A stretch of DNA of 63,950 nt, counting the filler, from Choristocarpus tenellus KU-1152 (lineage: Eukaryota > Protista > Phaeophyceae): assembly GCA_964200185.2 (NCBI GenBank). It is 12 parts of 12 records of this genome, joined end to end, with 100 filler letters (N's around TTAATTAATTAA, not from the genome) between each part and the next. Parts side by side here need not be neighbours in the genome. Positions count along the whole stretch, not along the records: positions 54,056 to 63,950 come from CAXNAD020003301.1; 11 more parts are not named here. One strand, 5' to 3'. This document shows, one piece after another, positions 54,355 through 63,950 of the stretch. Made by a program: the position numbers and the translations under genes. A model generated the notes under the pieces. The model saw nothing but the letters and a program-made list of their open reading frames with translations. It searched no databases and was not told the DNA's origin. Within the stretch, counting starts at the first letter, position 1. Each line of letters opens with the position of its first letter.

Positions 54355-54982
54355 GGGTGGGATCATCCATCACTCACAAGGAAGTAACCAACGCTCACTG
54401 ACTTTCCCAAGTGGACTTGAAATGGAGCGATTGCTGCTTCCCTTTGACGCAGTGCCTCGTATTCCACTTGGGCCAAGGGAGGGGCATGTCTTCGGAGGTG
54501 GCAGTGGAGGTAGTTTTGTGCAGGGGGCTGGGGGAGGGGGGGTGAAAGCAGGAATCCCGACCATGCCTCTTTTGCTGCCACCTGTTAAGTTTTCACCCTC
54601 AGGGAGGTTTTTGTACAGTGGTGGGCATGAGGCTGGCGCAGTGCTGGTGTGGCAAATGGACCTGGGGACGGGTCAGGTGGGCAAGTCTGCTAGGAGGGGG
54701 GGGGAGGGGTGGAGAGAAGGGGGGAGGGTAGAAAATGATTTTGTGGTACGCTAGAGAGGAAGGTGTATGTCAGTGTAATCCTGTACTGTCTTTTTTGTTC
54801 GCTGACATTGTTAGTAGTTGTTAGTAGTTGTTAGTAGTTGTTTGTAGTGTACCTAATATTGACACGTGTTGACATGTAGTAATACCTCACATCTTGGTTG
54901 TATTGAATGTCCACCCAACAGGTACCTACTACACATGCACACCCCCTACCCCAATACTCTCTCTCTCTCTCTCTCTCTCTTT

Positions 54983-55016
<34 letters not shown>

Positions 55017-57352
55017 CACACATGGACACACGACTTGGTCTTTGTACATGTGGCACTGGTGACACAATAACCTCACTGCTCTTCAGGTGATGGGTGAGAT
55101 GGCACTGCAAGGCCACTCTGGTCCTGTGACATGCCTGGCCTCAGCAGGGCTAGAGTCCTCCGGTCAAGACCTCCTGCTATCAGGGTCTACTGATGGTACA
55201 GCCATGCTGTGGAATCTTGGGCGCCTGGCATCCACATTCCGCTCACCTGAGGCAATGAGGGCCCCTGCAATGGTGGTGAGGGGCCACGGATCTGCCATCA
55301 CCGCCTGTGCTCTGAGTGATGGTCTTGGGCTTGCCCTCACATGCTCAAGTGGCAATGGCATTGGCTGTTCCTCAAACAAGGGGATGGGAGTGGAAGGGGG
55401 GAGGGGGAGGGCCCTGCTGCATTGCACTGAGGGTGCCACTGTTGTGCGTGCACTGCCCTCCCCCCCTCCAATAATGTACCACAGGTTGCACAGGAACAAA
55501 AGCAGGGCTAGGGCAGAGGGAGATGCTGGGGCAGGGGGTGCTGCTGCTGCTGTCCAGTATACGGCATGTGCCCTGGGATTAACTGGGTATGCTGCCCTGG
55601 CAAGCTCGAGTCTCAGTTGGTCAGACTTAGTAGTAGGTCAGGGAGGAGCTTCAGCAGGTTTGGTTCCTGGGTCTTCTGAAGGTTTGTTGGCAGATGCAGC
55701 TGGGGTAAGTAATAAGGGGGGATCTGTCCAACATGCCCTGGAAGTTTTCACTGTCAATGGAAGGCGAACTGCACGGCTGGTGCCCATGGCAAGGGGGGTA
55801 AGGTGCCTCTCAGTAGTAGGCCGAGGAGAGCTGTTGGTGATTGGTGGGGAAGGACTTCTGCTAGAGGTTCGCACTATGGCCGATCTCGCTCCCTTGTGGG
55901 GCCTGGATCCCCACAGCTGGACTTCAATCGACTTTTGCCTGGCACCTGGGGATGGCGGTAGTGGGGGAGGGAGTAGCCGGGCTGGGGCAGGGGCAGGTCA
56001 TACAACAGGACACAGGAGGGCAGGGGGGTTGTTGAGGGAGGAGGATCTGCCAGCGGTAGAGTGTGTGGAGCTTGGGCCCAACCCAGACACACCAGCTATA
56101 ATGTGTGTAGGGACTTCGGATGGGACACTGCTTGTAATGGTGAGTGTGGGGTCCTGCTGGAGATGCTGGAAAGGGGAAGGTGTGAGGGGGATGTTAAAAG
56201 GAGAATTATTGTTGCACTACTACTGCTAATGCTCTCAAGCATTTTAAATGGTGCGTGTTTGAGGGGGGAGGGGGGCGTTTGGCACTTAACTATTGGGCAC
56301 ATTGATGACATCTCTACCAGAGTGTGTGCAGGTGTGTTTTTCGAAATGGAATGTCATGCTTCGTCTGTTTTCTTGTGTTAGCACTGTCCCATTGACTCCA
56401 TTGCCTATCCCCCTCTCGGGCAAGGTTTGAAGTGAATGATAATGAGACAATCATCTTGATTTCATACTCTCGTTGCGGTATGAAATATAGCACACTGTCC
56501 AATGCACACCTGCATAGACACACAAGAAACAAACACACAGTCATCGTTATGCAAAGGGGTCTGTCTTGTAGGTATCTAACAGGCGTCTTGATGTAATAAA
56601 AGTTTGTAGGTGCGTGTACCCGCCCAATGATTGATTACCCTCAATTGCCACCTGGTGTACGTGTTACCCATCATACATTTCTTTGCAGGCATTGCCGGAT
56701 GCGGAGGAATGGCTCAGTCATGGTGTTATAGCAGCGGTGGGCTCACTGCTCATCCATGGACCAATCAAGTTGTATAAGGGCACTGTGCAGACAGCACACA
56801 GCCTGGCCACCAACACGCTCAAGGGCGTAGGGGACCTGGTGCACACCACAGGGGTGAGACTTCGATGAACTGATATATGTATAATTGTAGAAAGTTTGAA
56901 GTTTTGTCAAACACTCTGTGTAACAGTCAGTTCTTTTTTTTGGGGGGGGAGAGTATCCATTCCTCTATTATCCTCATTGTCTTCATACCATATATCCCAT
57001 GCAAGCACATGCCCAACATTGTCCCCGACCTATCCACACTATCTTTCATTTATGTAACCCAGTAAATCCTTCACGGACTTGCTTGCGTATCATTTCCAAT
57101 TTACTTCTCTCCTGAAGTTTTCACTACCCACAACATAATACCAGGCTGAACACCCCATTTGCCTTCACCTACCTAGTGACACAAACCTTTTCCTAACCTT
57201 AACCCTAACCCTATTTGGGCGTACAGGACATTGCAAAGGAGGTGGTGGGTGTAGTAAAAGATGTCCATCGGACAGGCCTGCTGAAAGGAGTCTTGGGATA
57301 CTGGAGGGGTGGGGAGGTACGCCAGAATGACCAGCACCGAACAACACTGTAG
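54355..57352 (+). CDS. WD40-repeat C-terminus, probably of a BEACH-domain protein; exons 54355-54676, 55087-56139, 56689-56853, 57227-57352
   Basis: FSPSGRFLYSGGH, GHSGPVTCLA...LLLSGSTDGTAMLWNL, GHGSAITAC, LEVFTVNGR, VGTSDGTLLV; in-phase splicing to a TAG stop. Confidence 0.85.
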
Positions 57353-59330
57353 TCAGTGTGCCTGGCAGTAGGAGGGGGCTTGGGCGGGAGGGTTGGGGTG
57401 TGAGTGGGCAAGGCTGGTGGTTTTTGAGGGGGCCTAATATATATGCGATGTGTTTCTTCCTTGACTAAAACAGAGAGAGTCAGAGGTCAGAGTAGTTGCA
57501 TTTGGGTATGTTTTTAGCGGCATCTCTCCTTTGCCAAACGGATAGAGTGGAGTGGTGCATCTAGTGGAACTTCAACAGAGTTGTAGCTCAATCGGATACG
57601 AAATCCGTATGGGGCTCAAGGTATTTTCGTAGTGGAGGGATGGGAAATGATCTACCTATTTATTCAGGTTTGAAGAGAACCGGGTGAATGTTTGAAAGGA
57701 GGTTTAATACGGTTTCCTGCCTTTGGAGGGACTCTAGAACCCCTATAGCTGCAACGTGCGCTCTTACCTGTTTGGGTGCCTGTTGTTGTGTGTTTGGCAT
57801 GCTGTGTAGATGTGCACCAATGTACATAGAGCAATGTGGAGTACTCCTGGGGGGGATCTGTACGCCTTGGTACTTGAGAGAGAGGAATGTGACTCAGACG
57901 TTTTGTTTTAGGATTGCAGAGGTCAATGAAGTATTCTGTGAACTGCGAGTTGGCGTTTGTTGGTTGGGAAACAGTAAGGGGTGGGATGGAGGTGTGGGGA
58001 CAGGGAACTCACAAGGGTGTGGTAGAGTACTATGAAAGCCTCGCATTTATATGTGAGGCTACTATGTTGGGTAAAGCCAAGCATGTTGATTTGTTGAGAA
58101 AGAAGACGATGTCAGCGAGCTCTGTACCCTACCTACTGGCTGTATGGGGGTGTTACTGATATCGCTTGGTGAGTGCACTGAGGCTGAACGTTTCCCATTG
58201 GCAGGTGGATCCCTGCACTTGGCATTGTTTGTTGAATGCTGTGCAGCAGTAGACCAGGCTTTGGTGGGTGTGACAAATGAAACTGAGAGGCAGAGAAGTG
58301 GTGGGTTGGAGACTAAGGTGCAAGTTTCAAGACATGGTTTTACCATGGCCTGGGCTGTGTATGTAGGGTGGAGCAGGAAGTAAGGAAGTCTATATTATGG
58401 CCATCTTTTGTTCGTTGTGAGTGATGAGATATATGACTACACTCATGTTTACTCTTGTCTCCCCTCAGAAATTAGGATTTTTTCTGTAAACTATTGATTG
58501 TAGCACACCTACCTGTTGCTGGGATGGCCTGGGGACACAGAAGGAATATTATTAGTGCAAAGGTTAAGAGTGGTAGAAATACTTGAAGCTGCTTCATGCT
58601 TCAAGGAGGCCAGCAACATGTTTTGAATCCATCAAAGCACGTTGTTTGATCTTTGGTCATGTTCGCTTTCAACAGTGCATTATTTTTTATTCTTGTGCAT
58701 GGTCCATTGTGTACCAATGAACACATCATCCATACAACCCCGAGGCATGTGTGTGTTTGACTGCCATCTACGCAACGCCTTTCTTCTCCTTCATGCAGCA
58801 ACCTCTCAAGACAACATTGTTACAGAAAGAACGATCATCTGCTCGTCTCCTTCAAGATCTACTACTAAAACATACGTAACGCTAGTAGTGTTGGAAATCT
58901 GGCAATTTTTTTGTGTATATCGTGTTTGAAGTGGTTCCATTCCCGTATTGTCATCCTTCTTGGTACTAGGGAAGGATATGAACATCGCGACAGTAATTTT
59001 ATTCACGATGACAACTATTTACTTAATAAGTGAACAAACGACCCTACATTGTCCATAAACGGACCCACCTTCTTACCAACCACTAAGGCCCCTTTTATCG
59101 CTATTTTTAAATATTTGACTTCTTTTCGGGCTTACAGCAAGGCATTAAAATGGTGGTATTTTTTTTTGTTGATATACCCAGGTCCGTATTTCAAAGTCCT
59201 GAGAACCATGTTAATGGGTCCCTCCATCGTTGTGACCATTTTTTGTCCTCTCCTACTTAGATTTGGGGTTAGAGTAATTTACTGTTTACTGCTTTTCGAA
59301 GTACTTCGTAAACAGCCGATTTCAAAAACT

Positions 59331-59391
59331 GAGGATGGGCTTGACCCAAAATTGACTGGGATAAAGTGTCGATATGTTGTTTTTTGTGATT
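59331..59391. repeat. Dispersed repeat, inverted copy at 63843-63905
   Basis: GGGCTTGACC(C)AAAATTGACTGGGATAAAGTGTCGATATGTT. Confidence 0.85.
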
Positions 59392-59435
59392 CATATTAAA
59401 AATAAGTATCGCCCATTTTTCTCGTGTTGTCATGA

Positions 59436-59709
59436 AAGGCAAAGTAAACTAGAGGTACCCGTTTTGGGGGCATTTTGCATTTTAAGCCACTTATTTCGTC
59501 TTTTCCAATTCACCCTCATTTCCATGGATGAAGTGCTAAGATTGACTTGAGAGCGTTTGTTTATCTATTGTACGAAAAAAATACATAATCCACAAAAAAG
59601 TCTATATAATATAGTATTATTATGAATCAGTACAAGAATGCCTAATTTATAACAATTATCGGCATCCTCAAATAATGCAAACCTGGATACCTCCCTTTTG
59701 TTTTACCTC
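59436..59709. mobile_element. MITE family B, degenerate
   Basis: AGGCAAAGTAAACTAGAGGTACC left TIR; body homologous to other B copies. Confidence 0.8.
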
Positions 59710-61055
59710 TCAACCAGATCAGTCAATCCGGATGTATTATTACTACTATTATTACATCGCAACAATCACAGCAGTGATAGGTGGAAGAGAGAGGATGAAG
59801 GACAAATGAATCTCATTTATTCAAAACAGAAGATTTAGAGTGATTATGATATTGACATACATACATGAAAGATTTGTTGTTGTACGCCATAATGGTAATT
59901 GTAGTATTATATATGAAGTATTTTTCTGTTGTTTTACACAAATATTTTGTTCGACTTATGTTTGCTACTCATTCACTTCTTGTCACACCAATCTCCTATT
60001 ATGTGTATCTCCTCAACCCTGTTGGTTAGAATGGCTCAATACGTGTATCATGTCTATTGTTGTATTATGTTTAAATGTATGCATCATGCACATTGCATGA
60101 TGAGGTTGTATGGGAGTAAGTTTCAAATGAAATTTACAATATAGATAGGGTGGTTGCAGTAGTCCTTCACACAAGTCATCCTTATCACACTGTAAGCATC
60201 CTTTCTGCCGTCATTTCTGTTACAAAGTGCAGTTCTAGATGGCGGTTCATAGCGATAACCCAAAATAGAAGAGAAACAAAAAAGTGACCTCACGCGCAGG
60301 CTGAAGCCACCAACCCCCGTTTGGGGAGAAAAAAGTGCCCCTTAGGCATCTCGGTAGGGCCTCAACGTTGCAAACCGAACTCACTGACCTAGGTTGGAAA
60401 GATGATGACCTCATTCCATACTATCGCAGGCAGAAGAAAGAAGAAGATAATGCGAAGATGAACAACAGTAACCAATTATTGAGACTCATTGATTTTATTA
60501 TTATTTAGTTTCATCAGAAAAACTGAACGGCAAGGGTCTGCTTCTTCTGAGCTAGGATTACAGTAACAAAATGAACAAAATATATTGATAAAGCGACTAG
60601 ACACCCTTGTTTCCCGGGCAAGTTCGAATAACTCGTTTATGAAGCCGCCATCTAGGATTGTTCTCTGAGATTTCTTCATTTTTATGGAGAATGGCGGTCT
60701 GCTTCAGTCAGGTTGAAAAAAACAGATTATTGGGTTGTGCAGGCATCCGTTGATCTGAAGCAATAGAAATACAAGGGTTAGAAGTAACTATATTCTTCTT
60801 TCGAAATCTTCTGCCTGCTTACTACTATCGATTTTGATTGTAATCTTAACAAGAGTAAGTCGTTCAGTTATCATTGAATGTATACGGGGAAGCACTATAG
60901 AATATAGATCTACACATTACATGGATTGCTGTCTTAATTTGATGTTGTAGGTGGTCCTGTGTGGGACTGTTTGTTTTGGGGGGAAAATCTCAGGAGCTAC
61001 GACGACAACAACAGTGCATGCGTACCATTGTACTCTACACTATTTATTTTGAAGA

Positions 61056-61549
61056 GACCCAAAGTAAACGAGAGGTACCCAGGTTTTGGTCGTTTTGCAT
61101 TTGCAGCCACTTTTTTTTATCTTTTCCAATTCACCCATGTTTCTATGATGAATGCTAGGTTTGACTTATGCGGGCATTATTTCTCCGTTGTTTTACACTT
61201 TCTGACAGAATTTTAGAAAATATCCTATCTATATACAATAGCCAAATGATTTTTTGACCCAGGGTATCTTAGAGGGGAGGGGGCCAAAATCCAATGTTGC
61301 GATTTTGCTGTGATTTTGGCTATCGTGTTTGTTAGGAAGTGTCAGTATCCTTGTTACAGACACACATTTTCATAACGTATACATTTTACCTACTCCAAAA
61401 CATTATGGAGAAGGAAAAAGTCCATGGGAAGCCAAGCCCAAAATGGACAAACTGGGCAAAACTCGTACCCTCCAAGATACTTTCACTCGCGCAATTATTT
61501 TCAATATCCTTAAAATACAACTCTGCGTACCTCTCGTTTACTTGGACTT
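61056..61549. mobile_element. MITE family B with nested family A copy
   Basis: GACCCAAAGTAAACGAGAGGTACC ... GTACCTCTCGTTTACTTGGACTT, flanked by AGA/AGA. Confidence 0.85.
61256..61488. mobile_element. MITE family A, inverted and nested
   Basis: Reverse complement of 14676-14933; ends AAGATACTTTCACTC. Confidence 0.88.
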
Positions 61550-61949
61550 AGAGTGGCTTATTTATAGCAGACAGAGGGTAAGTTATAATATGTCAGTGGG
61601 GGTTATCGTTGAGTATCTGGTGCCCCTTAGACTGCCCTAAGGTACATGTAGGACTTTGAAGAGTGATTCCGCAGGCATCATATGTGGATGAGTGCTTGAC
61701 TTCTCTTCCTCAGTCATACCCTCCTAAGAGAGGTAGCGGCCGTTTTAGCTGAGGAATGGGGTGTCAAGCAGAAGGTGTGAAAAGTCCTAAATAGTCAATA
61801 GGGTCAAAATAGAAGACCACTCTCTAGGAAAGGGTGGGCCAAACTGCGATCATCCCCTTCACAACAACATGAGGAATATTGCACAACGATTTATTACATC
61901 TAAGTGTATGATATGATTGCCCGTGTTCCTACTACTACTGTTTCTGCTG

Positions 61950-61987
61950 ATGGTGCTGGTGCTGGTGCTGGTGCTGGTGCTGGTGCT
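61950..61987. repeat. (TGCTGG)n microsatellite
   Basis: Seen directly. Confidence 0.9.
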
Positions 61988-62228
61988 ACTACAACTATAC
62001 AAATAGTAATATAAATCTACAACTACGACTACGACTTCGACAACAACTACGACTTCAATCAATACTACAACGTCGAAGTGATTTCATTTAACACGCACTT
62101 ACTATTAATGCTACTGCCCGAGGTACTACTGCTCGGAGCAACATTGACTATATTGTACTGCTGCCCTGGGTATGTCAACTTGAAATGTGTGATCCAGTTT
62201 CTCTGTTCATTGGTAGTATTATTGCGCA

Positions 62229-62493
62229 GAACCAAAGCAAACTAGAGGTACACAGTTTTTGACCGTTTTGTATTATAAGCCAGTTTTTCAGTCTCTTACA
62301 ATTTACCCATATTTCTATGGATGAAGTGCTAAAATTTGATATGAGAGGGTTGATTTTTTTCTATTTTTGAAACTATTAAACAGAATTCGGAAAATATCCT
62401 ACACACATTCGAAAAAAAAAGTGAATTCTACACATATTTATTTACTGGCATCCTTAAAATGCAACCCTGGGTATCTCTCGTTTAGTTTCCCTC
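62229..62493. mobile_element. MITE family B
   Basis: GAACCAAAGCAAACTAGAGGTAC ... GGTATCTCTCGTTTAGTTTCCCTC; flanks GCA/ACA. Confidence 0.82.
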
Positions 62494-62604
62494 ACATCAA
62501 CAGATAGAAGCTCAATTAGTACGCCGAGTAGTTCGTAACCTTGGTAAGTGGAAAGCTGTGCGAGTTGCAATGGTGGTTTTCATGTGTGGGTTAAAAGTAG
62601 TTGC

Positions 62605-62918
62605 TGTGCAATTTACCTTGGGAGGTAATGCTATTTATCTGTAGTGAAGACAAGAAGGTGTGAAGCCTCACACGGTTCCCCATTGCTAAACGTGATTACA
62701 TGGTTGATATTAGAAGAGTGACAATTGTGAGGTGTCTTCTCATTTCTTGTTTTATAAATATTTGTGCTTCCTACCTAAGTCAACGGTTGTGTCAAAGTCG
62801 TTGAATGCAGAATAATAACCTATACGAAATGCCATTCATAATCTGGATGTACTTTCTCATTAGTTGCATCTCTCATACACAAAATAAGGTGCACCTCACT
62901 CTCGTCCTATTTTGCATA
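62605..62918 (-). mobile_element. Copia solo LTR (314 bp)
   Basis: Homologous to 8993-9268; inverted termini TGTGCAA...TTGCATA; 5-bp TSD GTTGC/GTTGT. Confidence 0.87.
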
Positions 62919-63950
62919 GTTGTCACTTCTTTCTCTGCTGTACACTGCTGCTTCTGCGGACTGAGACTAAGAGAAAAACCTTACGAAGAAGGCAATAATT
63001 GGTGCACTGCAAATGCAACAGCACATCGTCCGACTTGAGACACCAAGAAGACTTATTGGCGTCATGTACTTCAGGGCCAGGTCCACTAGGAGCTTGGGAA
63101 TGTTTGTCATCTCATCTCGTTCTATGTTGCTGGGTAAAAAATGAACACTACAGCAGCCCTGAGGCATAAAGACAGTGAATCTATACATACCTATAAATAA
63201 AAACTGAGTGTATGATGACTACCAAAAAGTCCTTCCTCAAAGGCATTGAGCAGTAGTAGCCCATGAGGCTTCAAAGATCGAACAAGTAAAAAGCCAGTTT
63301 TCACTAGAAAATAGCGTTGGGGCACTCTGTAGAGGGTTTCGTAGTAGCGATTTAGTTTCTGAAGGAAATAAGGATGTACCTCCAATATTTCAAAATTGAA
63401 ACCTCCAATATATTGCAGCCAACACGACGTCAAATGATTTTGCTTGACGCAAAACGCAGTGGTATGTAATTCATACGAGAAAATAAATACCTACGTCCTG
63501 TTCCTACATTTATTTGCACTCTTGAGTCCTAAACAGGAACCTTTTCAGGATCAAATATCTGAAGGTGCAGTAGATGATGTTGAGAGTGGGTTGGGTGTAA
63601 GGGATGCGGGGCACTGGATCTCAATGCTGTCGTGTACACTTGGGAGAATTTTCGAAAATGGGAATTCTCTGTCTCTCAATCAGAAACATTGCATGGTGGG
63701 GAGGAATCCAAATGACGAGCTCCCCCTACTGCAGGAGTTCCATTGGCATTGAAAGTAAAGTAAAATTCACATCTATTATGAGAGTTTCCCACATGATGAA
63801 GCTCCTTGCCTAGGGCAGCTACGCAATTTGGTGAACGCAGACGAGTCACACAAAAAAAAACATATCGACACTTTATCCCAGTCAATTTTGGTCAAGCCCA
63901 ACCTCTATCTAAAGCTCCGTCCTCACTCCCCCACATCAGCCGCCAACAAC

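Noticed and set aside
62967-63433. Possible Harbinger transposase remnant
   Set aside because: Similarity too vague; no catalytic motifs recognisable

Overview
Intron-rich eukaryotic nuclear DNA, probably a brown alga or related ochrophyte stramenopile (inferred from gene structure, TTAGGG motifs and a bipartite-type leader). It consists of 12 contigs joined by 11 artificial 100-bp spacers (44 N + TTAATTAATTAA + 44 N). Host genes are all partial: a TPR protein, a coiled-coil protein, a P4-ATPase flippase, signal peptide peptidase head-to-head with a nucleoredoxin-like protein lacking CxxC, a BEACH-type WD40 C-terminus, and two unknown genes. The most notable element is a degenerate, heavily spliced Sola-like DNA transposase (minus strand, about 13.3-19.3 kb). 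Three families of short inverted-repeat elements share a G(A/G)(G/C)nnAAAGTA terminus, but at least two differ in target-site duplication (TSD) length. Also present are a scrambled Copia remnant with a matching solo LTR, a LINE remnant, and a strong CpG contrast between gene bodies and gene 5' ends/the transposase. All calls are from manual reading; no database searches were run.
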